Below, piece by piece: positions 1-12,804 of a DNA stretch of 64,000 nt. The DNA is from Anthoceros angustus. Taxonomy: Eukaryota > Plantae > Anthocerotophyta. Numbering within the stretch: position 1 is the first letter of the stretch; each line of letters starts with the position of its first letter. The translations under genes and the position numbers were made by a program. The stretch lies in NCBI GenBank assembly GCA_010909165.1, contig MU008223.1, forward strand, positions 62,001 through 126,000. Direction: 5' to 3'. The notes under the pieces were generated by a model. It was not told the DNA's origin. It did not search any database and saw only the letters and a program-made list of their open reading frames with translations.

Positions 1-2127
1 AATGTCACTACCAAGGGGCCATGTGAGCTTGGTGTGTAGGGAGTGGCACCTAGGCAAGCTTGTGAGGAATCGCGAGGAAGAGCTTGTGCATGCAAGGGGG
101 CCAAGCTGCAAGGACGAGGTTGGTTCCGGAGGAAGCTAGGTATGGATGCTGTGAAGGGTTTTTGAAGGACAAGGAAACCCCAAGCTTATGAAGCACATGG
201 TGGTAGTTTGGAGTGTGAGCTCGTTGCTGGAAATATTGGGCGTGGGATGGTGTGTGTGGAGGCTTGCAATAATTGTGGAGGGATGGAGTGCAAACCACGG
301 GAAGAGCATGGGTCTCTTCTCCACCAAGCTTTAGATTTCATGATGTGGAGTGTGTGGCTCAGAGGAGCCAGCTGTGGAATAGTGCGGGAGCGACGTTGTG
401 GAGTCAATGCTGAGGCAAGTGGAGGATTTATGGTAGATTGGTTAGGATTTGGAGTGAGAACTCTTAGGATTTTGGCGCGCAGCTCAGGCTGTTACTTATT
501 GTTAAAATAGGGAGATTGGAGAGTTTTCTAGGCTGATTGTCATGATGACTGAAAGCAAGTGGGGTAGTGGTTTTAATGCTGGCTTTAGGCGGCTATTAGT
601 TTATAGTGGTTGAGGAAGAGCGTAGTGGAAAAGTAAGGGGAGGTGTGGCCAAGGGAGGCCTTATGTATGAGCCCTATATAAGGGGCAGGTTTTGAGAAGA
701 AAAATATCGCGTCTTGCGCTCCCAAACTCGCGAGTCCTTTGCTCCTTGTAAAGGAATTTCGTGCCGGCTACAAGCTAACGCATTGTCTGGTGGAGAGGGA
801 GTTTGCGGTGGTCGGAGCGCTTGGCGGAGGGCTGGCTCCTTGCGAGTGCCTCTACAGGTTGCTCCCCTTGTGAATGGTTGCTGTAAAATTGCTTTGCTTT
901 GGGTGTGTGGCGATGCCCATGGAACTCTCGGCTTGAGGGTAGACTACTGGGAAAGACTCCTCGGAGGTTCTCGCTGTCTGGTGCAAACTCATAGCAACCT
1001 GCCCAAGGAAGAACTTGCTAGCTTGTAGGCAGACCCCAGGCAGTTGTGCCATAAGGGCGAGCTAGGGCCAGTGAGCTTGAAGTAAGGTTAGATTAGGAGG
1101 ATGAGGAGTTGAGTTGAGGTGAGTGTTGAGGAGAATGTGGAGCTGAATGTTGAGTAGAGGAGTAGGTAGAGATTAGGAGTAAGAAGAAGGCCCAAGTCAG
1201 AGCCTAAGGGAGGGGTCCCAAAACTGCACCAAACCGAGGCTGGAAGCTGGGCTAAGGTCTCAAAATCACGGGGTGGAGAAGTCGCGCTGCGCCGTAGGGG
1301 TCCCTATGTGCGTAGGCGATGGACCTACCGCCGTAGGGTGGGACCTACGACTGTAGGATGTCGTTGTAGGTCCAGGACCGGAGATCTGACGGAGCAGTGC
1401 GGAGGTGTCGTGGCTGCTGCTAGTGTGGAGTTTTGTGGGCGCCAGGTTGTAGTTGGAGCGCCATGGCCTGGAAGTTGGAGAGGCCTTGAACTAGGGCGAG
1501 GTAACCTATGCTGCGCCGCCAGGTGCGACCCTACCGGTGGTAGGATGCGCCCCTGCGTGCGTTGGGATAGGGTGTCTCCTCCCCACGTAGGAATGAGGGT
1601 GTGCTGGCCCACCAGTGCACTAGATCTCCTACAACTCTCCTACAAGTGGTAGGAGGGGTAGGCCCTACAATTGTTTGTTGTTGGTTGTAGGTCCTGAGGC
1701 GGCGATTACGGGCGAGCGGGAGCGGCCGCGCCGAGTTGGTGGTTGAGGATGTATTGTGGGAAGGCAATGGGAAAGGAATAGTGGAAGATCACGGGTGGTG
1801 AAGTCACGTTGCAACGAGGGGTCCCTATGTGTGTGTAGCCTGACCTCGCCGTGGGGTGTGGACCTATAGTCATAGGGTGTCGTTGTAGGTCCGAAGTGGT
1901 GATAAACGGGCAGCACGGTGAGGCGTGGTTCTCTGTGGAGTGAGTTGAGGTTGCTCCAGGTTGTATGAGGGAGCTTGGGGTGTGAAGAGGTGTGTGGTTT
2001 GTGCCTTGGATGCTGGTGACCGACAAACAAGAGTCTCATGGGACGAAACCTATTGTACTTAGCGACAAGGGATAAGTGTGGCCACTAGAGGGTGAATCTC
2101 GGAAGCCCTCGCGGTTTTCCTCCCACA
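1..2127. mobile_element. LTR-like repeat family 'L', copy 1 (longest; left end not defined, may run off the window)
   Basis: ~700-1200 and 2030-2127 align by eye with 29590-30451, 45230-45722 and (reverse) 17396-18310. All copies end in ...CCCACA. TATA-like ccctatataagg at ~672. 1-670 is included only by contiguity. Confidence 0.65.
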
Positions 2128-2984
2128 AATGCCTTGAAAGAACTTGGTGAGGCACATCCGCGAAGCTATCGTTGAGTGCAGGTTCCCCTCCCCTCGTGGC
2201 CCACAGTCAACTATACCTTGACGAGTATGGAACTCAGCGCCGCGCATTTTAGCACAAGAATGAAGGCGATCGAAATCAACTTCAACAATGCAAGGAAGAG
2301 TGCAGCTACCCAGCCAGCCCGAGAATTCATGACCGAAAAATTTCATATCGAAATTTGAAGAATCCACAATTACAGACCAAATTGCACAGTTTGTACGCTA
2401 TCAATTCAAACGATGAAGGGGAATTTTCAGCTACATCAATTCCTTCTTTGATCAATATTACATCTGCCCGAGTTGAAGTCATAATTTCTCAGTTGTGCAC
2501 ACGCCAAGATCTGCGTTACAAGACATGGAGAAAAGGCTGCAGCACGGTATTACACAGTGCAGTTTCGACATTGATCGGGGAATTCACTGCATTACAGAGT
2601 TGCTGCGCTCCATGGATCTTACCTCTTCAACCACACAGAGCTTGGGGCACCACGGGCATGCTCGTCCTTACAACGCTGTTCCATGATTCTTCTCTACATG
2701 GATGGGCGGCGGTTAGGTCGCCCCTATGCTCCATTGCACTTGTTGCAATCCAGTTGCTACTCAAAATTCAAAGGGTGCCTTTGTGGCAGTTACATGCATT
2801 CTAGCTTTCTGCTGATTGGCTGGGCAGTTATTAGTTTCCTTGCCACATGACAGTTTAACCCTAATTCGAAAAACCATAACTAGAGTTCACATTAGGGTTA
2901 GTTTTTTCACATGCTTACCACACGACTTCTGCTTGCTTTTTCTCTTGTGCACTTGCATGGTCTCCCCTTCCTCTAACAGCCATC

Positions 2985-3545
2985 ATGGCAGCCTCAACTT
3001 CATCTTCCACTATGCCATCAGCCACACAAACCTCCCTACCCGTCCCTTCTGGCTCCACCCCTGCATTCACCTCAGAGTTAAAGGAGCGTGATCAATTCAA
3101 TGGAACAAAATTTGACATTTGGAGAGTTAGGATGAAATCTACCCTGGCTGCAAGAGGAGTTTGGGAAGTTGTTGGTGGGGGCTTGCCTGATCCTGGTACA
3201 CCAGCGAACCCCACCACTGCTGGTGCTGTAGTGATAGTTGCACAAAAGGCCCGATGGGATCAACTTAACAGTATTGCCGTCGCCTTGCTCATTGCTAGAC
3301 TTGATGCTGATCTCGTCCCTGAAGTGGAGTTTCTTAGCAATGCACATGAGATCTGGAGTCAACTCATCGAGACATACAAGGTTCAAAATATGATGACCCT
3401 GTGTGCTGCTCGACAAGAGTTCTACAATCTCAAGTTGAAAGAAGGAGAACCTGTCACCACATTTGTCAGCAAATTCCGCACGTGCCCGGTGACTTCCTTG
3501 GCAGCACCATGCAAGAGGTCGATGTAGTGGCCCGGTTCCTCGAGT
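2985..3545 (+). pseudogene. gag: Ty1/copia gag (UBN2-type), truncated
   Basis: FNGTKFDIWRVRMKSTLAARGVWEVV...AHEIWSQLIETY...ARQEFYNLKLKEGEPVTTFVSKFR is a typical copia gag. It frameshifts near 3480 and breaks off at ~3545. Confidence 0.85.
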
Positions 3546-6500
3546 AAAACGATCTGAAGATCTCACTCACGGTGCAAGGAAAGGGAAGAAGGCAAGCATG
3601 CGGTAGGAAGGAAAAAAAACAACGGTTATCTCACACTAGAGCACATATACATAAGAGTGTGTAGCATTTGTAACAAATAACTGAACATAAGTCTATATAA
3701 TTGTAACCCTAAGTGAACTTAAGGTAGAAAAGTATTGGGGTTTCCTTTACTCCCTCTTAGACGTAATGTTTAGATATTTAATTAAGGAAACACGAGGAAC
3801 ATCAAGGCATCACGCCAAGATTACCACACGGGCTTCTCACTCAAGCATCATTGCACATGAACCTTTACGTTCCAGGCTCCCTCTTACACTCCACTCCCGC
3901 CAGCTCCTTTCTATATCACCGCTGGCGCAAATGGACAATCTCTATCTCTACGTGTAGACCAGTCTCCTTACTTGCGCCTAGTTTGTCATCTTCATTTGCT
4001 GTAGAGTCTGGATAGGCCTCTTGCGCTCCTGCTCTCATTGTTGTGTGCTCATGACTCCACCTGCGCGTGGCATGGAGTGTCTGCACTGTGGAAGGCAGTG
4101 GGTGCCAGCCTCTGCATTCTCTCCAAGGTAGTGGATTCTCCACATGGTAACTTGCAGCATCCCCAGCGGACATTGATGCTAGCAAAACAGAAGAAGAACA
4201 ACTGCAGATGGATAAGGCTGCCGAGGTTGCAAACCATGATACCTCTACGCTCTACTGTGGCGGAGGTGTGGCATATGCCTCCTTATGTGGCCTTTCACGA
4301 GACTCACGACAAGAAGATGAGAATCACAAAGGAAGAGTACAAGGAGATGATAAAGACGGCATTTCCAGACGAAGGAGAACTTGACTACTACTACCGACAA
4401 GATTACTAAGGACAGCCACGAAGCTATGGAGGAAGGAACGGGATTCGTGCGAACTACACTGGTCCAAGCACAACTCGCTCCTTCAAAAGGTGAAGAGTAT
4501 GACAAAGTACCTGACGATGAGGACAATAACCCAGAAGGGCGGACAACGCTTGTATGTAAGTGATGCTTCATCCACTCATCTCCCCATGGCTTCTGTCATT
4601 CTTATGCCAGTAATCTATTCTAAATTGTCTGTACGCTCTACAGCTATCCTGCAGGAAACTAAGAAGATAGCGAACCTTCTTGATCAGCTGAAGCAAAGAA
4701 TGCATGACCTAGATTACCTGAAGAGGGAAGAGTATCTGGACTAGGGGTTTAGTGAGCTTTCCTTTCATAGTTGTAGCAGCACCAAAAGCAAGCCCTTTCT
4801 TTGTAATCGATGTAATGGCTTGGCGAGGGCCTTCACAATAAATTAGCAATGTTCGCTTGTATGTAAGTGATGCTTCATCCACTCATCTCCCATGGCTTCG
4901 CCATTCTTATGCCATTAATCTATTCTAAACTGCAGACGCTCTACAACTATCCCGGAAACTAAGAAGATAGCGAACCTTCTTGATCACCTGAAGCAAAGAA
5001 TGCATGACCTAGATTACTCAAGAGGGAAGAGTATGCTGGACTAGGGGTTTAGTGAGCTTTCCTTTCATAGTTGTAGGCACCAAAAGCAAGCCCGCCGTGG
5101 TGCTTATGATGTAATGGCTTGGCGAGGGCCTTCAATAAATTAGCAATGTTCTACCGTAGGAATGTAATGACTTCTCCATGTCTCTGCTTGTCTTATGAAA
5201 TGGTGAGTTATCTCTATGTGCTTGCTCGCATGGAAGGCGAGTTCCTTGATGCTGATCTCGTCCACAAGTGGAGTTTCTTAGCAATGCACATGAGATCCGA
5301 GTCAACTCATCGAGACATACAAGGTTCAAAATATGATGACCTGTGCGCTCGACAAGAGTTCTACAATCTCAAGTTGAAAGAAGGAGAACTGTCACCACAT
5401 TTATCAGCAAATTCCGGCGCACTTGCGGTGACTTCCTTGGCAGCACCATGCAAGAGGTCGATGTAGTGGCCCGGTTCCTCGAGTAAAACGATCAAGATCT
5501 CACGGTGCAAGGAAAGGGAAGAAGGCAAGCATGCGGTAGGAAGGAAAAACAGAACAACGGTTATCTCACACTAGAGCACATATACATAAGAGTGTGTAGC
5601 AGTTGCGTAACAAATAACTAAACATAAGTCTATATAATTGTAACCCTAAGTGAACTTAAGGTAGAAAAGTATTGGGGTTTCCTTTACTCCCTCTTAGACG
5701 TAATGTTTAGATATTTAATTAAGGAAACACGAGGAACATCAAGGCATCACGCCAAGATTACCACACGGGCTTCTCACTCAAGCATCATTGCACATGAACC
5801 TTTACGTTCCAGGCTCCCTCTTACACTCCACTCCCGCCAGCTCCTTTCTATATCACCGCTGGCGCAAATGGACAATCTCTATCTCTACACGGTCTCCTTA
5901 CTTGCTTGATTTGTCATCTTCATCTGTAGAGTCCGGATAGGCCTCTTGCGCTCCCCTCTCATTGTTGTGTGCTCATGACTCCACTGCGCGTGGCATGGAG
6001 TGTCTCCGTGGAAGGCGAGGTGCCAGCCTGCATTCTCTCCAAGGTAGTGGATTCTCCACATGGTAACTTGCAGCATCCCAAGCGGACATTGATGCCAAAG
6101 CAAGAAGAACAACTGCAGATGGATAAGGCTGCCGAGGTTGCAAACCATGATACCTCTACGCACTGGCGGGTGTGGCATATGCCTCCTTATGTGGCCTTTC
6201 CGAGACTCACCGACAAGAAGATGAGAATCACAAAGGAAGAGTACAAGGAGATGATAAAGACGGCATTTCCAGACGAAGGAGAACTTGACTACTACTACCC
6301 GACAAGATTACTAAGGACAGCCACGAAGCTATGGAGGAAAGGCGATTCGTGCGAACTACACCGGGTCCAAGCACAACTCGCTCCTTCAAAAGGTGAAGAG
6401 TATGACAAAATACCTGACCATGAGGACAATAAGCCAGAAGGGCAGACAACGCTTGTATGTAAGTGATGCTTCATCCACTCATCTTCCCATGGCTTCTGTC

Positions 6501-7148
6501 ATTCTTATGCCATTAATCTATTCTAAACTGTCTGTACGCTCTACAACTATCCTGCAGGAAACTAAGAAGATAGCGAACCTTCTTGATCAGCTGAAGCAAA
6601 GAATGCATGACCTAGATTACCTGAAGAGGGAAGAGTATGCTGGACTAGGGGTTTAGTGAGCTTTCCTTTCATAGTTGTAGCAGCACCAAAAGCAAGCCCT
6701 TTCTTTGTAATCGATGTAATGGCTTGGCGAGGGCCTTCACAATAAATTAGCAATGTTCGCTTGTATGTAAGTGATGCTTCATCCACTCATCTCCCATGGC
6801 TTCGCCATTCTTATGCCATTAATCTATTCTAAACTGCAGACGCTCTACAACTATCCCGGAAACTAAGAAGATAGCGAACCTTCTTGATCACCTGAAGCAA
6901 AGAATGCATGACCTAGATTACTCAAGAGGGAAGAGTATGCTGGACTAGGGGTTTAGTGAGCTTTCCTTTCATAGTTGTAGGCACCAAAAGCAAGCCCGCC
7001 GTGGTGCTTATGATGTAATGGCTTGGCGAGGGCCTTCAATAAATTAGCAATGTTCTACCGTAGGAATGTAATGACTTCTCCATGTCTCTGCTTGTCTTAT
7101 GAAATGGTGAGTTATCTCTATGTGCTTGCTCGCATGGAAGGCGAGTTC
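3300..7148. repeat. ~1.9-kb direct tandem duplication (3300-5244, 5245-7148)
   Basis: Near-identical sequence and duplicated ORFs (MFRYLIKET..., MKSMTKYLT..., MARAFNKLA...). CTTGATGCT occurs at all three boundaries (3300, 5245, 7149). Confidence 0.95.
4547..5151. repeat. ~300-bp tandem duplication nested in the 1.9-kb unit (repeated at ~6450-7054)
   Basis: cgcttgtatgtaagtgatgcttcatcc...aattagcaatgttc occurs at 4547 and 4854, and again at 6450 and ~6758. Confidence 0.9.
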
Positions 7149-7369
7149 CTTGATGCTATGGTGGCCAGTTGTCACACCATAGCTTTGTTGCTCCACGAGC
7201 TGTGCAACCCTCTTAGAAATGATCTTATCCAGATGATCTCCTCGCTCGAGACAACGCTCCATACTCGGCCTCGAGAAGAAAGGCGATGGTAGTTAGTTTC
7301 TTGCTACTCCGAAATCACCGTCCTCCAAGAAGATTGCAATAAGCAGCTATACTCGTCGTATGCGGGTCA

Positions 7370-8149
7370 CCAGCCAAAAGATAAGTGAGCTGCAAGCCTC
7401 CTGCTTGTCGTTGATATTTCAAACCATATCTAGCAGTTCCTTTCAGATACCTGAAGATGCGCTTTACAGCAGACCAGTGTGCCTCACCTGGATTCTCCAA
7501 AAACTGAGACATTACTCACTGCTGCTCGTGAAATATCGAGCCTGGTCCATGCAGCAAGGTAGATGAGGCAACCAACTGCCTGCCTGTAAGGCTCCTTGGA
7601 CATCAACTCTTTCTCATCATCATCATTGGGCCTTCTTTAGATAGCTTCTCTCCAAAGGGACATGGGTGTAGATATCGGACGAGTCCTCCATGTTGAACCT
7701 CTTGAGAAGTTGCTCCACGAAGTGTTCTTGGTGTATGTCAATCGTCCGCAATCACGGAATGAAACTAAATGCCCAACGAGAAAGTAAGTTGGCCTAGATC
7801 CGCTATTTCAAAGCGAGCCAAAAGCACTTTCTTGGTTTTATCCATAAGCACTGAAGTGCAAAACAAGAAGTTATCATCCACATAAACAATAAGTACTATG
7901 AAATCGTCTCCATCCCATAAAATATAGACACTGGTGTCAGCTGCTAAACATGTGAAACCAAGTTCTATAAGCAGGGCATGGAAGGTTTCGTTCCAAGCAC
8001 GGGAACCTTGCTTAAGACCATATAAAGTCTTTAGTAACTTGCAAACCTTCCCGACATCCATCACATATCCTTCTGGTTGGCTCATATAAATCTCCTCCTC
8101 TAAAGATCCATTGAGGAATGCCGTCTTTACATCTAGCTGATGAACTAGG
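7370..8149 (-). pseudogene. pol: Ty1/copia reverse transcriptase (host element, left part)
   Basis: HQLDVKTAFLNG, LLKTLYGLKQGSRAW, LIVYVDD, SQFLENPGEAHWSAVKRIFRYLKGT. Confidence 0.93.
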
Positions 8150-8399
8150 TGTAAGGGTATTAAAGCCCAATGTACTTGGACTAATATGCTTAGTCTAAGT
8201 TAGGTGTCATTAGTTTAGCTGAAGCTAATAACTATGAAGCTTCTTGCGCTGTTTCCTAGGGGCTTCTTGTGGAGCTTCCTAGGGAGCCCTGCTGGAGGGT
8301 ATAAATACTCCCAGAGCCTTCATCTCAATGTGAGAGATACATTTGCTTCCTCCTCTCCTCTCCTCTTTCCACCATCATGGGCTGCCACACGATCCTTCA
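8150..8399 (+). repeat. 5' LTR
   Basis: TG...CA, matches 12805-13037, contains tataaat. Confidence 0.95.
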
Positions 8400-8400
8400 A

Positions 8401-8413
8401 CCGGTATCGAGCT
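8401..8413 (+). promoter_or_regulatory. Primer-binding site (tRNA-iMet type, degenerate)
   Basis: ccggtatcgagct directly after the LTR, versus canonical TGGTATCAGAGC. Confidence 0.75.
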
Positions 8414-8481
8414 TTGGTGGTTGTGTTGTGATGCTAGAAGATTCTAGCAGGTGGCGCAGCTGGAATTGCAGTGATCCATAT

Positions 8482-8899
8482 CGCGGCGGGCGCGCGGGCG
8501 CGCGGGCGCGGCGAGGCCGCGGGCGAGGCCGCGGGCGCGGCGCGCGGCGCGCGGCGCGCGGCGCGCGGCGCGCGGCGCGCGCGGCGCGCGGCGGAGGCGG
8601 GCGCGCGGGCGAGGCCGTGGGCGCGGCGGGCGGAGGCGTGGCGCGGGCGCGGCGAGGCCGCGGGCGCGGCGAGGCCGTGGGCGCGGCGGAGGCCGCGGGC
8701 GAGGCCGTGGGCGCGGCGGGCGAGGCCGTGGTGGCGCGGGCGCGGCGAGGCTGAGGCGCGCGGCGAGGCCGCGGGCGCGGCGGGCGCGGGCGCGGGCGCG
8801 CGGGCGCGGCGGGCGCGGCAGGCGCGCGCGGGCGCGGCGGCGCGGGCGAGGCCGCGGGCGCGGGCGCGGCGAGGCCGCGGGCGCGGCGAGGCCGGGCGC
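8482..8899. repeat. ~420-bp almost pure G/C low-complexity tract in the copia 5' leader
   Basis: Built from gcgcgg, gcgaggcc and gggcgcg units. The overlapping Arg/Ala/Pro ORFs are a composition effect. Confidence 0.85.
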
Positions 8900-9036
8900 C
8901 AAGAACGGCACAACAATGACCAACGCCGCGTGAGCGTAAAATTCGCCGAAATATTCGGAATACTCGTAAAACAGTAACCAAAATACACGCACGGTGATTT
9001 TTGACTTTTCCGACAAGGCGAGTCGATTTTTGAGTC

Positions 9037-12000
9037 ATGATGTCTTCATCATAAAAGCGTCATGTTCAATATCGAGAAGTTAGATGGTACTAACTTCCCG
9101 CTCGAAAGAACAAGTGTATAATGTTCTAGTGCGTAAAAAGCGATCAAGCCCATAAAGTTGTTAGGCGTCAAACCGGATAGTATGACACGGGATGAGTGGC
9201 GGGACTGGATGAGCTTGCTAGATCTACTATCATGCTAACATTGTCAAAACAGGTGTACTTCAATGTGAAAGATAAGACCACGAGTTACTGTGGCGTGGTT
9301 GTGGACCAGTATGAGAAGCAAAGTGCGGCTTCTCGTGTGTATTGGTTGAACAAATTGGTGGACTTGAAGATGAAGGAAGGGACGAGGATGTCCGATCATC
9401 CGAATGATTTCAATACCATTTTCAGCTCTCATCTCAAGGTATCACATTCCTGATTCCGTGAGAGCTATGTTTCTGGTCACATTACGGAGAGTTGGGACAC
9501 CTTCGACATGCGAGTAATTTCGCCTGCTAGTGGTCTTACCATTGTAAATGTAGAAGGTAGCTCGTTAACCGAGGAGGTGAATAGAAAACATGGAACCTTC
9601 CAAAGGTTCCGGTGCCCTCATAGTGAGAGGGAGGTCCACTGCGAAGGGAAGCAACCGGACGAAGCTTTTCTCGTAGCAAATCTCGTAGTCGTAATAAGAA
9701 TGTGGAGTGTCACTATTGTCACAAAAGGGTCACTTCAAAAGAGAGTGCGAGAAGTTCAAAAGGACCAAGGAAAAGAGAAGAAGCGACGACAAGAAGGCGA
9801 CTTCAATGTCGTTGGAAGAGTTAAACTCGTTGAGGACGGAGATGTCCTTATCTCTTCTTACTTGAATCTTGCACAATTAACGTGGATAGTCATTTATTAC
9901 GCAATTGGATAATTGACTCGTGCATCTTTCCATGTTACTCCTCATAGAGAGTGGTTTAGCACGTATGATGCTACAAGGAAAGGATGCGTTAGGCTTGGAA
10001 ATAACTATGCATGCGGATCGCGTGGGTGATGTGCAACTCAAGTTTGACAACGGATCTTCATTCATGTCAAGGACGTTAGGCATGTTCAAGTTGACAAAGA
10101 GCATGATTAGCGCAGATGCTTGGATGATCTTTGGTTACCATCACCGGTTTGGGGATCACTCTTGGAAGATCTCCAAAGGTTCTCTTGTGTTAGCTCGTGG
10201 ATCAAGTGTGGCACTTTGTACTCACTTGTAAACACATCAAAAGATCATGTGATGACAGAGCACCAAATGTTTCCTTGTGGCATTGCGGTTAGGACATATG
10301 TCTCATAAGGGAATGAAGGTTTTATCTCGCTCGTTATATCCTCGCTCTTAACTTCTCGATCTCGATGTGTGAGCACTGCTTATATGGGAAATGCATAAAA
10401 TCATCACATCGAACAAGAGGTAAAGTAGAAGTAAACCTCTTGAGTTGGTTCACGTGATGTATGTGGACCTATGCCTCATCGCATCATTAGGCGGTGCCTC
10501 CTATTTTGTCACTTTCATAGATGATTTCTCACGCAAGGTGTGGGTTTATCCTTTGAGGAAAAGGATGAAGTTCGGTGTTTCGTAAATTTGTCACCCTTGT
10601 AGAGAATCACCGCCACCGATTGAAGTGTCTGACGATAATGGTGGAGAGTATGTTTCAAAGCTTTCAGTCATTCTGTGATTCCAAGGAATCAAAAGAGAAT
10701 TGATCTACGATACTCCTCCACAAAATGGTGTGTGAGCGGATGAATGTAACCATTCGTGAGAGGATGCGTAGTTTGTTGTCAAACTCGATTGCCTAATGGG
10801 TTTTGGTAAAGTGTCATCGCAATTCATCTTATTAACAGATCTCCTAATAAGGTGTGATTATGTTCCGAAAGAAACCATCCTACAAGCATCTGCGAGTGTT
10901 TGTGAGGCATACCGCCATGTTCCAAAAGAGTTTCGGGACAAGTTGGCACCTAAGTCCAAGAAATGTATTTTTCTTGGCTATGGTGATTCGTGAGATGGGA
11001 TACCGTTTGTGGGATCCGAGGCTAGAAAGGTTGTTCGTACTAACGTGTTCTTCAATGAGAACAAGATGCATGGAAGCCTACTCCAAGTGGAGGTGCGAAG
11101 GGTGATCTTCCAAGAAGATGGACATGATCATCATGGGTTGATAACCGTGGTAATGTGCGGAGCACATTCCTCCACCGATAGATGAACCAAGAGTCGAACA
11201 AGCTCCTATAGAGGTGCTCAGCTTCAGGTCGTGCAGATTACACCTCCGATGTATGATCCATCTCTGGATTATGTCGACAGATTGTGGGAACCCTCTTCTT
11301 ACAAAGAGGCCATGTCAATGAGTAACAAAGAGAAGTGGGAGAAGGCCATGCGATAAATGAATTGTTGCATAAGAACCAAACTTGGGAGTTGGTTTGGTTG
11401 CCTAGGATAAGAAGGCACTGCAAATGGGTGTACAAGATGAAGGTGATGATGGCAAACCAAAGTACAAGGCACGATTGGTTGCTAAGGGTTTCAAGCAACA
11501 AGGCATTGACTTTGATGAGATTTTCTCACCGAGTCAAAATGACAACTTTGCGATGTGTTCTTGCTTTGGTTGCTGAATGATATGGAACTTATGCGGATGG
11601 ATGTCAAGACGGCATTCTTGCATGGTGACCTTCAAGAGGTCTACATGCAAAGAAACCAAGGTTTTGTTGAGAAGGGCAAAGAGCATCGTGTGAGGAAGAG
11701 CCTTTATGGTTTGAAAGCACCAGAGTGGTATCACAAGTTCCACTCATTTATGCTTTCTCAAGGCTACAAACGAGCGATGAGGATCATTGCCTCTATAAGC
11801 AAGCTAAGGATCAAAGCTTGCTCATTTTGATCCTCTATGTGGATGATATGCTAATTCGAACAGATCGATGAGATTTCGTTGAAGTCAAAGTTGAATGCTC
11901 ACTTTGAAATGACAGACTTGGGAGAGGCGAGCCATATACTTGGCATGCGATTCCGGAATGTATATACGCTTTATTTGTCTCGACGGAATACATTAACAGG

Positions 12001-12765
12001 TGCTTCAACGCTTCAACATGGAGAAGGGAAGCCATTGGGTACTCCATTGCCTCCATATGTGAAACTTTCAAGCGGATTGCCCAAGCTCGAGGAGGACAAA
12101 GTGAAATGGAGAAGGTCCCATACTCATCACCGTAGGGAGTTTGATGTATGCAATGATTGCTACGTCGACATTGCCTTTGCGGTGGGAGTGGTTAGCGAGT
12201 TTATGTCAAACCCCGCAAGAAGCATTGGGAGGCAGTAAAAGGAGTTATGAGGTATCTGAATGGTACAAAAGCTTTGTGCATATGTTTTGGTAGTGAAGAT
12301 GCATGTGTGGTTGGGTACACAGATGCTGATTATGCAGGGGATATGGACAAAAGGAGGTCCACATCAGGTTATGTCTTCACGTGCACTGGAGGGGCAGTCT
12401 CATGGCGATCTCGTTTGCAGTCGTGCATTACGCTATCTACCACAGAGGCCGAGTATGTTGCAGCAACTGAGGCTTGCAAGGAAGCCATATGGCTTGCTCG
12501 TTTAGTGGGAGACTTGGGGATCAAGGTTGAGCTGCCAGTGTTGCATTGTGATAGCCAGAGTGCTATCCAATTGGCAAAGAATCCAGTGTTTCATGCGAAG
12601 ACTAAACATGTGGATGTGAAGTATCACTTCATTCGAGAGGTGTTGGATGACAAGAGGGTACAACTTGTCAAGGTTCACACCAGCCAGAACCCTGCAGATA
12701 TTCTTACCAAGGGACTCTCTACGGAGCAATTTGCACAAGCTCGGACACTGATGGGCATGAGGTAG
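9037..12765 (+). pseudogene. gag-pol: copia gag-pol, apparently frameshifted; RNase H part (12247-12765) open
   Basis: IEKLDGTNF (gag), WIIDS-ASFHV (PR), YFVTFIDDFSRKVW and KLAPKSKKCIFLGYG (IN), MDVKTAFLHG and LYVDDML (RT), GYTDADYAGD...STTEAEY...NPADILTK (RH). Confidence 0.93.
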
Positions 12766-12804
12766 TCCATTCTTCTGAGGTAAATTGGCCTTTAAGTGGG
12801 AGGT

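Noticed and set aside
3523-3828. Apparent TGTAGT...ACCACA solo LTR
   Set aside because: The TG at 3523 lies within continuing gag codons (EVDVVARFL), so the left boundary is unsupported and no TSD is seen.
8377-9038. Five overlapping Arg/Ala/Pro-rich ORFs
   Set aside because: The GC-only tract has no stop codons in any frame.
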